This document shows positions 30,161 to 39,727 of a stretch of 64,000 nucleotides of DNA, piece after piece. The notes under the pieces were generated by a model, which ran no database searches, was not told the origin of the DNA, and worked only from the letters and a program-made list of their open reading frames with translations. Position 1 is the stretch's first letter. Each line of letters opens with the position of its first letter. The translations under genes and the position numbers were made by a program. The DNA comes from Candidatus Micrarchaeia archaeon (GTDB lineage: Archaea; Micrarchaeota; Micrarchaeia; CAILAH01): NCBI GenBank assembly GCA_038874595.1, contig JAVZCB010000002.1:128001-192000 (forward strand). Direction: 5' to 3'.

Positions 30161-30247
30161 ACTCTTTTTTCAGGAAAACATATTATTTAAAAGGGAGTGG
30201 GGAGGGGTCACTTCCACTATTATTTATATATAATAAATATAAAATTT

Positions 30248-30263
30248 TGTTACTCAAGTAACA
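30248..30263. promoter_or_regulatory. Palindromic putative operator TGTTACT-CA-AGTAACA
   Basis: Perfect 7-bp inverted repeat between a TATA-like TTTATATA tract and the ATG at 30265. Confidence 0.45.
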
Positions 30264-30264
30264 T

Positions 30265-30516
30265 ATGGCAAAATTAAACCTTCTTTACGTTTATGACATA
30301 AAACCCCAAAACCCCTCAAAAAAAGGCAGCATAAAAAGAAATTTTTATTATCATATGGAAAAGTTACGCCCCTTCATAAGAAGGGCCACAGAGTCGGTTA
30401 TTTTAACCTCAAAGGAACACGAGAGCACGATAGATGGCTTTTTTATGCGCTTCCTAAATGATGTAGAAGTATACAAATGTGATATAACTAAACTAACAAT
30501 CCTTAAAAAAATGTGA
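30265..30516 (+). CDS. Small Cas2/VapD-like ferredoxin-fold protein
   Basis: 83 aa; N-terminal LLYVYDI strand, basic helix, and ESVI resembling Cas2 Q.SVF. Confidence 0.55.
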   Translation: MAKLNLLYVYDIKPQNPSKKGSIKRNFYYHMEKLRPFIRRATESVILTSKEHESTIDGFFMRFLNDVEVYKCDITKLTILKKM

Positions 30517-30572
30517 AATCAATTAAACGTAGCCCACACCGGATATAAAAGAGAATAGTGGAAGAAACCCCC

Positions 30573-30824
30573 CTATCTCTCTTTATAGTTGTCTTCTACA
30601 ATAACAACATCACCGACAGATTTTACTTTTTTATAAAGGATGCTTTTATCCTTAAGAACCTGCCTGGCCTCCTCACGTGAGCTAATGCTGGTGAGAGGTT
30701 CCATAGAGATGCGAATTACCTCGCCTTTCTCTAGATCCACGATAACGTCCTGGACTTTACCAACAAACTTACCGCTTGCCGTGAAAATGTCCATGCCATA
30801 GAGGTCTGCGATGTTTAATGCCAT
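30573..30824 (-). CDS. PRC-barrel domain protein (CdpB-like)
   Basis: LYGMDIFT.SG..VGKVQDVIVD...VGDVVIV; SD AGGTGG. Confidence 0.88.
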   Translation of the reverse strand: MALNIADLYGMDIFTASGKFVGKVQDVIVDLEKGEVIRISMEPLTSISSREEARQVLKDKSILYKKVKSVGDVVIVEDNYKER

Positions 30825-30889
30825 TTTACCACCTACACTATACATTATATAGTAAAGTATTTATTCTTTATAGAGTAGTCTCTTCCTAT

Positions 30890-31153
30890 ATGACAATCCC
30901 ATTTATTCGTGAGCGACCCGCGGCAATAATGTTACTTTTAAGAAATACAACAAAAACGTGGTGCGTTTCCTCACTCTCTCGTGAAGCAGGGCTCACATAT
31001 CTTCACACACTGCATCTTTTATCCCAGATGTATAATTTAGGGTTGGTGGACTATAAAAAAGAGGGAAGGAGGAAAGTAGTTTTCTTAACAGAAAAAGGAA
31101 AAAGTATATCCTCAACCTTAAACCAGCTGATTGATGATTTAAAAGAACAATAA
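30890..31153 (+). CDS. Winged-helix DNA-binding protein
   Basis: SSLSRE..LTY.H, GLV...KEGR...V.LTEKG. Confidence 0.8.
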   Translation: MTIPFIRERPAAIMLLLRNTTKTWCVSSLSREAGLTYLHTLHLLSQMYNLGLVDYKKEGRRKVVFLTEKGKSISSTLNQLIDDLKEQ

Positions 31154-31157
31154 ATAA

Positions 31158-31523
31158 TTAGACAACCCTTAATGTGATTTCCTTAAGTGTACTCCCAATT
31201 ATGTGTGAGAACCCTCTATAGTGTTTGTTTGCGGAAACCTTTACAGTATAACTCCCCGGCGTTGTTTTTGGGTGTGAGAATAAATCCACAAAAAACACCT
31301 TCTCCTCATTTGGGAGCATTTTTCCAATTCGGATTTCTTTTTTGAAAACAATACCTGTCTTATCAAACCCAACAGCCGTCGGTATATCCACAACAAGGCT
31401 TGCAAGAACATCCTCGGGCTCCTTGTTTTTGAGCCAAACCTTCATTTGTACAGGTCTCTCATCACCTTTTTTCAATCTGAGTGGTGATAACTCGATTTTC
31501 ATATCAAACGGTGAACCAGCCAT
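31158..31523 (-). CDS. Small cytoplasmic beta-sandwich (Ig-like) hypothetical protein
   Basis: IG.M.PNEEK and PGSYTVKV Ig-like pattern; SD GGAGTTGA. Confidence 0.6.
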   Translation of the reverse strand: MAGSPFDMKIELSPLRLKKGDERPVQMKVWLKNKEPEDVLASLVVDIPTAVGFDKTGIVFKKEIRIGKMLPNEEKVFFVDLFSHPKTTPGSYTVKVSANKHYRGFSHIIGSTLKEITLRVV

Positions 31524-31592
31524 GGTATCAACTCCACAATGTGTAATATAGTATACAATTATTTTTATAATTTCACAAATAACATAAATGGC

Positions 31593-33890
31593 ATGTGTGA
31601 CATGTCTATAAAAGGAAATACGCTCGTTTTTGACTGCATTAATTCGCCATATGAATTTATGAGCCCGGAATTTATAGCAAACAACATTCGTGCAATGACG
31701 ACGCTTGTCCGCACAGATTTTGAGAAGATAAGGTATGAGGAGCAGCTGGTGTTTGAGTTATCGGGTGAAAAAGCAGAGATAATTCTTTCATACATCCGCT
31801 TTCTCAAACAGGTGGAAAAGCTCCTTATGAACAAGCAGATATATGGAAGAGAGGATGATGATTCATATGTGCTTAGGAAAACAACACTTTCAAAAGTTTA
31901 TGAAGAGCTTATGATGAACCCGCTTTTTGCAGAGCGTACGATAAACGAGTATAACGAGCCGCAACCTACAAAATCTGCATTTTATGAGGCTTACAAGGCA
32001 TACAAGGCATGGCTTAAAGGGATACAGCAGAAGCTCCAATCAACAAAAATGTACCAGCTTGTAAAGGAAAAGGGAGACATGCGGCAGGCATTTATTTACC
32101 TTCTCAACATGAGGGTAATGAAGCTTGTAGATTCCCTCGAACTGCTTCTTCCGGAGGGTTCCAAACCGCTTGATAAACCAGGGGCAGCTTATGAGCTTGA
32201 TTATGGATATAAAATTACAATATATGATGTTCCAGGTTCTGAATCCTACTGGTATATTATAGATAATCCAATAATTAATTCGCTTCCAGAGGAGGTTATT
32301 GTTGAAGCAAGAAAGCTTATTGAAAGAGATATGGGGGCCGTCCGCGGTATCCAGGTAAAAGATTACAATCTTTTGTTGGATGAAAAGACGCGCGAGTATC
32401 GCAAGTATTTCTTTGAGTGGGCAGATGAGCATAAAGTTCAATTAACGCCCGAACAGAGCCTCGTCCTAGCACGCGCATGTGCATCGTGGGTTGCAGGCCT
32501 AGGCGAACCCATAGAGGCAATATGTCTCGATAAGCGCAACATAACAGACATTTACATTGATTCTGAGAATGCCCCAATATATATTGACCATGCCAATTTT
32601 GGGATATGTCATACAGTATATAGGTATAATTCAAAGCTAGTAGACCAGCTGTTCTTTAACATTTTGGCAACAGACAAGTCAGCAGTTTACGGCCCGCAAA
32701 ACCCCATAGTTGATGTTGTTATGAAGCGCCTAAATATGCGATGCCACTTACAGGGCCCACCAGCAACGTTCGGGGAAAGGCAGGGTGCGCTACGTTTGAT
32801 GAAACAGACCCCATTCACATACGCGGAATATTTACGCTATCACGCCTTTTCGGCCTTTTTTGCAGGTTACGATGATACGATGGTTTTTCTTGGAACTTCA
32901 GAGGCCGTGCTTGGCTTGAAAGGTGTAGGTAAAACTTCATTTACAGCGGCAAAGATGATTGCGATTGGAACAAAAACAAGGATAATCCCCATACAAGACA
33001 TAGAGGAGATACCAGTTGCTGCCTATAGGAAACGCGGGTTTCATATAGGTGTGATGCGCTCAATGGCTTCAGATAAAGAGGTTGAGCAGGCGACAGCCGG
33101 CTCAGCACTCTCACTCGTTGCGCTTACAAGCGCAACACTTCGTATGGGCGATGCTGCACTCATAATAAACGAGGTCCGCTCACGCGCAGCAATACAAGGT
33201 ATAATAAATCTTCTGAACACCCAGCCGGGCGTATTTGTCCTTTACAATTTGCATGCTGAGAGCCTTAAAGATATCCGGGATAGGTTAGAGCTCGTATTCG
33301 GTATTCCGGGAGCAAGCATGTTTGCAACTGACAGGTATACTTTCCTGAAGAAGGTGCGTTTTGGGAGAAAGAGTGCAACATACCGCCTCCTCGGCGCCGC
33401 ATATGAGAGTAATATAGAAGAGAAGCGGTTTGAGGAGGTTTTTGTATTTGAAAGGGGGAAAGATATAGAATCATCACAATGCAAAGCGCTGTTTGTTGAA
33501 AATCCAGAGCTTAACAAGTGGCTCATTGATGATATAAATCTTGGTGATTTGCAGAAAAACCTCTCGCTAAAATTTATACCCCCTGCTTTGCAACGGCGCG
33601 CAGATGACCGCGGCATTGCACCTGAACAGATGATAATGCAGGCAGCGTTTAAGGGTAAGGTGTATTCACAAATATATAGGGCGTATGAAAAGTATGGGTA
33701 TTACGAACTGCTTGAAATGGATTTTGTGCTTAAGGCATCCTCTCTAGCAAATAAGCTGCTCAAATCGCTTGAAGACGAGGAAGGAAATGTTAATTATGAG
33801 GTTGTTGATAGAGAATGGGAGGCAGAATTCCAGCAATTGCTATCTGAAGAGCTGGAATTTCTTCGCCTTAAGAAAGAGCAGGCGCGGTAA
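31593..33890 (+). CDS. Divergent type II/IV secretion (CpaF/TadA/FlaI-like) ATPase
   Basis: ITDIYID, Walker A GLKGVGKTS, IQDIEEI, ATLRMGD..IINEVR, LHAES. Confidence 0.75.
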   Translation: MCDMSIKGNTLVFDCINSPYEFMSPEFIANNIRAMTTLVRTDFEKIRYEEQLVFELSGEKAEIILSYIRFLKQVEKLLMNKQIYGREDDDSYVLRKTTLSKVYEELMMNPLFAERTINEYNEPQPTKSAFYEAYKAYKAWLKGIQQKLQSTKMYQLVKEKGDMRQAFIYLLNMRVMKLVDSLELLLPEGSKPLDKPGAAYELDYGYKITIYDVPGSESYWYIIDNPIINSLPEEVIVEARKLIERDMGAVRGIQVKDYNLLLDEKTREYRKYFFEWADEHKVQLTPEQSLVLARACASWVAGLGEPIEAICLDKRNITDIYIDSENAPIYIDHANFGICHTVYRYNSKLVDQLFFNILATDKSAVYGPQNPIVDVVMKRLNMRCHLQGPPATFGERQGALRLMKQTPFTYAEYLRYHAFSAFFAGYDDTMVFLGTSEAVLGLKGVGKTSFTAAKMIAIGTKTRIIPIQDIEEIPVAAYRKRGFHIGVMRSMASDKEVEQATAGSALSLVALTSATLRMGDAALIINEVRSRAAIQGIINLLNTQPGVFVLYNLHAESLKDIRDRLELVFGIPGASMFATDRYTFLKKVRFGRKSATYRLLGAAYESNIEEKRFEEVFVFERGKDIESSQCKALFVENPELNKWLIDDINLGDLQKNLSLKFIPPALQRRADDRGIAPEQMIMQAAFKGKVYSQIYRAYEKYGYYELLEMDFVLKASSLANKLLKSLEDEEGNVNYEVVDREWEAEFQQLLSEELEFLRLKKEQAR

Positions 33891-33893
33891 CCA

Positions 33894-34658
33894 TTAACTT
33901 TCCTCAAGATATACCCCATAAGGCACAAACACCAACAAGCCGTCTTTATCATATATTATCAGCTCATCTCCCCCTGTGTTGAATATGTGCTGGCACAAGC
34001 ATATTTTTCCAGCATTTTCTTTTTCGTCACAACAATTTTCTTCGATGCGCACAATCTCTTTAGGTGCGAGCCGTAAGTTTCTTTTGAACCTGTGCGATGC
34101 GCTTGTATCCCGTATGGTTATTTCTGTATCAACATTAATATCACACAAATTTTCAATAGTGAACCCACCATTATCCCATTTTCCAAAGATGCATTCCTTG
34201 TAAAGGCTAGCCTTCCACATACACCCAGGTATATCTCTCCCCATGCTTTCAGCCTCGAAATACCTTTTCCAGTTAATACCCTCTTCTCTTCCATAATAAA
34301 CATTTGCAAAGCCATTTGCCAGCATTGCATGGTTTACGTTTTTACCATTATAATATACCTCTGCCAAGGCCCTTCCGTATTTTTCCTTTCCGTAAATTAT
34401 AACCGACACCTCCTTCCCCCAAATTAAAGAGGTAAGGAAATTCTTCGCCTCCTCATAACAAAGCTCACCTTTTTCAGGCGTGTTTATACCAACCAAACGA
34501 TACTTATTACCAGCATTATCTTCAAACGTATCGCCATCAATTACGTTGTACACGAGCACTTTCTGTGATGTGACTCCAAACAAATAATCAACAACCAGGA
34601 TGGCTGCAATAATAAAAATAGCAATCGCAACACCGTGCTGCCAGCGTATCTTTATCAT
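33894..34658 (-). CDS. Membrane-anchored thermonuclease (SNase family)
   Basis: N-terminal TM, VIDGDT, RLVGINTPE, KYGRALA. Confidence 0.9.
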   Translation of the reverse strand: MIKIRWQHGVAIAIFIIAAILVVDYLFGVTSQKVLVYNVIDGDTFEDNAGNKYRLVGINTPEKGELCYEEAKNFLTSLIWGKEVSVIIYGKEKYGRALAEVYYNGKNVNHAMLANGFANVYYGREEGINWKRYFEAESMGRDIPGCMWKASLYKECIFGKWDNGGFTIENLCDINVDTEITIRDTSASHRFKRNLRLAPKEIVRIEENCCDEKENAGKICLCQHIFNTGGDELIIYDKDGLLVFVPYGVYLEES

Positions 34659-34713
34659 CACTCTTCTCTTTTTATGAAATGTTTTAAACATTAATAACCC
34701 AAAATTTCCAGAT

Positions 34714-35082
34714 GGGGCCATGGTGCAACCTGGCAACACGGCTGGCTCCAGACGAAGGGCAGACACCTACGGTTTCCGCCCTTCGCAACCCTACTTTCCC
34801 CTACGGGAAAAGGGACTGGTTTAATGAGAACTTTTTGGATGGCTAAAGGCCTCACCAAAAGAAGTTCGATGATTGCATAAACTGGAGCTTGTCAACACGC
34901 CCATTTGCATATGCAAATGGCGCATCATCCGCTTTGGCGGATGCTTGTGACATGACCTGTCGTGTTGTATTGAGAAACCAGCAAATCGGGGTTCAAAAGA
35001 GGAGAGGAAGGGGGCTTTGCCCCCTCTCTCCCTCTACTCTCATACCTCTGAGGGGCGTGAAATGGAAATCCTCGTGGCCCCA
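34714..35082 (+). tRNA. tRNA-Trp(CCA) with two introns: 37/38 (34752-34976, 225 nt) and 59/60 (34998-35068, 71 nt)
   Basis: Acceptor GGGGCCA/TGGCCCC-A; anticodon stem GCTGG/CCAGC with CT-CCA-G; T stem CGGGG/CCTCG; TTCA/TGGA helix with 3-nt bulges. Confidence 0.9.
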
Positions 35083-35134
35083 TCCTTATTAAAGCTTAAA
35101 ATACTTACGACAGACATTTAAAAGGGGTGTATAT

Positions 35135-35545
35135 ATGGATTTAAAGAAAACATGGGAACTTGCAAAAATGCCAGTAGTTGCTTTGGTAGTCTTAAGCATA
35201 CTTTCTTTGATTATAGGTGTGCTTGCCCCAACAATGGGTATGATTGTTGGGTCGCTGGTTGGCCTGATAGGTCTAATTATATACATATATGCAGGTTACG
35301 TGGCAGCCAAAAACAAGATGGGGCTCGTTGAAGCCGGCCTGGTTGGTGCTGTTGTGGCGTTGGTTTCCGGCATTATCAACGGCATACTCGGCTTGCTGGC
35401 TGGCATGTTTATGATGGGCCCGAACGCACCAGCGTTTATTATAACACTCGGCTTGCTGGCAGTAGGCATCGTTGTCGGCGTGGTAATCGGTTTTGTACTG
35501 GCATTAATAGGGGCTGTGCTAGCCGGCTTTATAGGAAAGAAGTAA
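35135..35545 (+). CDS. Gly-rich 4-TM membrane protein
   Basis: Hydrophobic helices with GxxxG patterns; SD GGGGTG. Confidence 0.75.
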   Translation: MDLKKTWELAKMPVVALVVLSILSLIIGVLAPTMGMIVGSLVGLIGLIIYIYAGYVAAKNKMGLVEAGLVGAVVALVSGIINGILGLLAGMFMMGPNAPAFIITLGLLAVGIVVGVVIGFVLALIGAVLAGFIGKK

Positions 35546-35546
35546 T

Positions 35547-36605
35547 TCAGAGCTTATTTTTACATTTTTTCATTATCCAGTTGGCATCAATACACTCGTA
35601 ATTGATAATAGGTATCTCCTCCAACCCTTCCAAAATATCGGCAAGCCCAGTGATGCTGTGGTTTAAAAATATCTTTCTTTTATCAAGAGGATTATCAAGG
35701 AGCTTTTCTGCCAGTGCGGTAACCTCAGAATCAGTAAGAAGGCTTGTGAGCAGCACGGGGTCAAACTCCTTGAATGTCTTTTCAATTATTTCATAAATTG
35801 CCTCTAAAGTTATGGTTTTAAGCCGTCCATCTATCTTTCCATACACTTTGTCATACATAAAATCCTTCAGCCTTGCGAACAGTTTCGCTTCCTTTGAATC
35901 AGAAAAGGCCACGTATCCCTTTTCTAAGCTTTCATTAACAAGCGCATTTATGCAGTTATCAACCCGCTCACGCTGGCAACACCCAAGCGCAACCGCCTCA
36001 TATGGGAGTTTCTTAAGATAACCCAGTCTTTCAGAATCATTGATATCTGAGAATACATACGCAAGCTTATCTGCAAGCATCACAACGTTCCATTCCTGCG
36101 GGACCTTCTCGCTCACATCCAGCCGCCCACTCCCGCGGGAGTGGTAAAGGATCCCACCAGCTGTTTCAACACATATATTAGTTCCCTTTCCTGCCCTTTC
36201 AACAAGCTCGAGAACAACAATACTATTTTTCTCGTGCCTGAAACCAGGCCTTATTTTAGCGAGCAGTGCCTCACCAGGATGGCCGTAAGGAGTATGGCCG
36301 ATATCATGCCCAAGCGCAACAGCTTCACATAAATATTCATTTAACCCCAGCCGCATTGCGATAAGTTTTGAAATCCACACAACCTCATTTGTATGGGTTA
36401 GCCTAGTTCTTATATGAGGATTATCTGGGACAGTGTAAACCTGTGTTTTGCTTTCAAGCCTTCTTAGAGACTTTGATTGTGCTATTTTATATGAATCAAT
36501 GAAAAAGGGCGAAAACCTCCCATAAAGCCCCTTTTCATCATCATTCTCGCAAAACCTCCTTCCATTATCAGGATGCCTTTTAAGCTTCTTCATGCGAAAA
36601 TTCAA
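35547..36605 (-). CDS. HD-domain dNTP triphosphohydrolase (dGTPase-like)
   Basis: RRLESKTQV, RTRLTHT, GHDIGHTPYGHPGE, ADKLAY..SDI.D. Confidence 0.9.
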   Translation of the reverse strand: MNFRMKKLKRHPDNGRRFCENDDEKGLYGRFSPFFIDSYKIAQSKSLRRLESKTQVYTVPDNPHIRTRLTHTNEVVWISKLIAMRLGLNEYLCEAVALGHDIGHTPYGHPGEALLAKIRPGFRHEKNSIVVLELVERAGKGTNICVETAGGILYHSRGSGRLDVSEKVPQEWNVVMLADKLAYVFSDINDSERLGYLKKLPYEAVALGCCQRERVDNCINALVNESLEKGYVAFSDSKEAKLFARLKDFMYDKVYGKIDGRLKTITLEAIYEIIEKTFKEFDPVLLTSLLTDSEVTALAEKLLDNPLDKRKIFLNHSITGLADILEGLEEIPIINYECIDANWIMKKCKNKL

Positions 36606-36636
36606 ACATTTCTGTTTTAATAATATTGCGTTCTCC

Positions 36637-37668
36637 TCACTCAGGGTATGCCTCCTTGATTAATTTTTGCATTTCAGGTGATGCAAAGTGCTCTCTCACC
36701 GGCCTGAGTACCTCGGCAAGTTCCCTTGCCATAGCAGCTTTCAGGTCCATCGGATGTAGTTTTTCTTCCTTGTACATTTTTTCCAACTCATTGTAGCTGC
36801 TAATTTCAACATTTCCTCCAAACTTCTCAGGCCGCTCAACAAGAAATCTTTTCCCTTTCCTTTCAAGAAGCGGGAACATAACCACCTTTGCAAATGCAAG
36901 CACACCGTTTCCTTCAACCTGCCCTACTGGACAGTATGCCTTTGCAAATTTTTTCTTTATATCCTCTTCACTATCAAGCAGGTCAATCTTTGACTCCGGC
37001 TCAGACGAGCTCATCTTACCCCCAGACAGCCCAGGCATCATAGGGTTCATAAGATGTATCCTTTTCCTGTAGCCTATTTTAGGCAATATTTCTGCGGCAA
37101 GCACAAATATTTTCCTCTGGTCAAGCCCTCCAAACTGTGCATCAACACCAAGATACTCCTCATCAAGCGCCTGCAATAAAGGATAAAGCAATCCACCCAG
37201 CTTTGGGTTATCAACCTGCTTTACCACTTCCGCCCCCGCTTTCTTTGCATCGTGCACACTCACGATAGACGAAAGCCTATATACATCTAGCGTGTATTCC
37301 CTGCTCAATTGCATATCTGTGCCTTTCACAAACCTTAGCTTTTTGATATCCACACCTACACTTTTCAACAGCTCTTTCATTATATGCTCATAATACACAG
37401 TCCTTTTTGCAAGCAGCTCCCACGGCGCCTTCATATTATCAAGATAGGCGTGCAGGTCGGCCAGCAAAATAGTTACCTCACACTCAGCATCTAAAAAATC
37501 CGCAATTTTCATAGCCGGCACGAAGTACCCTATATGAGGCCTCCCAGTAGTAGCAGTTCCAAGATATATTTTAAGATCCCTCTTTTCAAGTATACTTCTA
37601 AGCTCCTCTTCGCCTATAACCTCTTCAAGGTTTCTGGTTATTAATTCATATTTTCTGCCGGCGTCCAT
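36637..37668 (-). CDS. tyrS: Tyrosine--tRNA ligase
   Basis: [31 protein letters not shown]. Confidence 0.97.
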   Translation of the reverse strand: MDAGRKYELITRNLEEVIGEEELRSILEKRDLKIYLGTATTGRPHIGYFVPAMKIADFLDAECEVTILLADLHAYLDNMKAPWELLAKRTVYYEHIMKELLKSVGVDIKKLRFVKGTDMQLSREYTLDVYRLSSIVSVHDAKKAGAEVVKQVDNPKLGGLLYPLLQALDEEYLGVDAQFGGLDQRKIFVLAAEILPKIGYRKRIHLMNPMMPGLSGGKMSSSEPESKIDLLDSEEDIKKKFAKAYCPVGQVEGNGVLAFAKVVMFPLLERKGKRFLVERPEKFGGNVEISSYNELEKMYKEEKLHPMDLKAAMARELAEVLRPVREHFASPEMQKLIKEAYPE

Positions 37669-37671
37669 GCA

Positions 37672-38757
37672 CTATTTTTTATCCTGATTGCTTTTTAATC
37701 TTATAATCCTGGAGCGACCTTTTCCGACATTCTCTTTTACTTCAATTATCCCAGATTTCTCCATTTTTGTAAGGTAATTTCTCACAGTTCTCTCATTCAT
37801 GCCATCAAGCTTGGCATACAACTCACCGCTACTTATCTCACCATTCTTGAGTATTTCAATGATCTTTTTTTCTACCTCTCCAAGCTCAACCTCAACCTTC
37901 TCGATTTTTGCCTGCCGCGACTTTTGTGCAGCCGCCGCTTCCTCAACACTTTGCACATCGAGTTTGGGCAGCCCTTTTTTTTCGGCAATCCTCCCCGCTG
38001 AAAGAAGTAGGCCGATACCAACCCTCGCATCACCGTTAAATTTGTACGCATGCGCAGCACACACACCAATCGCCTCAGGCGAATATGAGCTGAACGCAAG
38101 CCGCGCCCTCTCCTCCAGTATCTGTTTAAGCTGTGGGACAGTATATGGTTTAAACTCAACATCTCTGTTTATTACGGAGCTCCTTATGCGCGGGTCCAGG
38201 GCGGCGAGCAGCCCAACATCATTAACAATCCCAATAACACTTATTTTTACACCATAAACCTCATTCATCCTGCTGATATCATATAACACATCGCCGTGCC
38301 CACTTGCTACCAACCGGTCCATCTCATCAAGCACGACAACAACAAAAATCCCCTTCTTTTTTATTATCTCAGCCATTCTTTTAAGCACATCCTCAACCGC
38401 AGCCCCTTTCATAGGCGATATATATCCCACACATCTTGCAATCTCACTTAAAATCCCAAACCTCGTGCCCATATGCCAGCAGTTTACATAAGTGATGCGG
38501 ACCTTTCCAGAATATTCGGCGAGCTGCCTAATTACGTACTTGAGCACAGCTGTTTTTCCCGTCCCAGGCGGGCCATAGATAAGCAAGCTTTCAGGCTTCC
38601 TACCATTAAGTGCAACCTTAAAATTATGTGCAATCTCATTAATTTCCCTTTCCCTCCCAGGCAACCTTTCTGGAAGGTACTCTGGAAGCAGTACATCCTC
38701 ATTGAGAAGAAGCTCGCCATAATCCATATACGACACCTTTACAGCAGCCGACACCAC
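37672..38757 (-). CDS. cdc6: Cdc6/Orc1 replication initiator (alternative start 38727)
   Basis: Y.PE.LPGRE, GPPGTGKT, YVNC, LDEMD, GDAR, C-terminal wHTH. Confidence 0.93.
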   Translation of the reverse strand: MVSAAVKVSYMDYGELLLNEDVLLPEYLPERLPGREREINEIAHNFKVALNGRKPESLLIYGPPGTGKTAVLKYVIRQLAEYSGKVRITYVNCWHMGTRFGILSEIARCVGYISPMKGAAVEDVLKRMAEIIKKKGIFVVVVLDEMDRLVASGHGDVLYDISRMNEVYGVKISVIGIVNDVGLLAALDPRIRSSVINRDVEFKPYTVPQLKQILEERARLAFSSYSPEAIGVCAAHAYKFNGDARVGIGLLLSAGRIAEKKGLPKLDVQSVEEAAAAQKSRQAKIEKVEVELGEVEKKIIEILKNGEISSGELYAKLDGMNERTVRNYLTKMEKSGIIEVKENVGKGRSRIIRLKSNQDKK

Positions 38758-38771
38758 ACCATAAATAATAC

Positions 38772-39497
38772 CTAAAACCCAGCGGCACTTTCAAACACCG
38801 GCTGGCTAGGATAAAGCACAACACCTTTCCCTTCAACCATCTTAAGCGGGACCATCTTTTTGAAATGATTCGTCCCGCGCATCTTTACAACTTCAAGTGC
38901 AAAATCCCTGACCTCTTTTTTCCTGATAGAATGTATTGCAATGAACCCATCAGCAATAAACTCAACGCCAAACTTAGCCTTCATATCTCCAAGCGTGTTT
39001 AATTCGCCTTCTGACGTGATAAGTGAAGTAACACCCCATTTCTTTAGGTTTGCGAACAGCTGCAGCACAGCCTGCCTCATCTTATAATCATTCTCAAAAA
39101 GCAATGCAAAAGAGGTTATCGAATCAATAACAACCCTCTTAATTCCCATATCCTTGATTGTATCTTCGATCACGGTTCCATCCTTGAAAAACTTTTCAGC
39201 CTCATGCGGAGCATACTGCATAAACCTGAACTTACCTTTTTTTTCAAGCATCTCAAAATCCCAACCGAACCTCTTCATATGCCGGTAAACCTGCAATTTT
39301 GGTTCTTCAAATGTTATATAAAGACCGGATTCACCATATACAGCCGCCCCATTATGCAGAAACTGCAACGCAAGCGTGCTTTTTCCAGCACCCGCATCGG
39401 CAGCAACCATAATTATAGATTCTCTTTCAAAACCGCCTTCTATCATTTCATCAAGGCCCTCAATACCAGTTGGTGCCCTGCCATTCTCGTTTGCCAT
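38772..39497 (-). CDS. KaiC-like (RecA/RAD55) single-domain ATPase
   Basis: TGIEGLDEMIEGG, AGAGKS, ITFEE, VVIDS, VKMRG. Confidence 0.9.
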   Translation of the reverse strand: MANENGRAPTGIEGLDEMIEGGFERESIIMVAADAGAGKSTLALQFLHNGAAVYGESGLYITFEEPKLQVYRHMKRFGWDFEMLEKKGKFRFMQYAPHEAEKFFKDGTVIEDTIKDMGIKRVVIDSITSFALLFENDYKMRQAVLQLFANLKKWGVTSLITSEGELNTLGDMKAKFGVEFIADGFIAIHSIRKKEVRDFALEVVKMRGTNHFKKMVPLKMVEGKGVVLYPSQPVFESAAGF

Positions 39498-39514
39498 AAT
39501 ACCACCATGTCTTT

Positions 39515-39712
39515 TTACTTGTTATTATTGATAATATTCTCAACGAGCTCTCTTCTCCCAGTAATACGCACCAGTTCTTCAATATACTCTTTTCTAAATG
39601 AAATTTCATCCCTGCTCCTTTTAAGCGCCTCCGCTGCCAGGGTTTCAGCAACAGGCCCAAAAACCTTCTTTGCTTTTTCAACCATCTTTTTAGTTAAAGG
39701 TGTTGCATCCAT
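39515..39712 (-). CDS. Small helical protein with a GPVA motif
   Basis: 65 aa; SD-like GGAAGG; tightly packed between the roadblock and KaiC genes. Confidence 0.65.
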   Translation of the reverse strand: MDATPLTKKMVEKAKKVFGPVAETLAAEALKRSRDEISFRKEYIEELVRITGRRELVENIINNNK

Positions 39713-39727
39713 ATTAATAACCTTCCT

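Larger units (their letters stand above)
30204..30573. repeat. Imperfect inverted repeat pair bracketing a small gene
   Basis: GGGGTCACTTCCACTATT (30204-30221) versus the reverse complement of AATAGTGGAAGAAACCCC (30554-30571) = GGGGTTTCTTCCACTATT, 16/18 identical. Confidence 0.7.

Noticed and set aside
30204-30573. Classical IS or MITE
   Set aside because: No target-site duplication and no transposase, and the right repeat abuts the PRC-barrel stop codon. Kept only as an unexplained inverted repeat.
34890-34955. Nested BHB intron inside the Trp intron (GTCA/TGAC helix)
   Set aside because: Predicted splicing would not restore guide-to-box D spacing and the flanking helix is missing, so it is treated as a hairpin insertion.
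34659-35092. SNase 5' extension and ORF 34889-35092; possible intron-encoded protein
   Set aside because: They overlap tRNA-Trp and its structured introns, which are too short and lack homing-endonuclease motifs.
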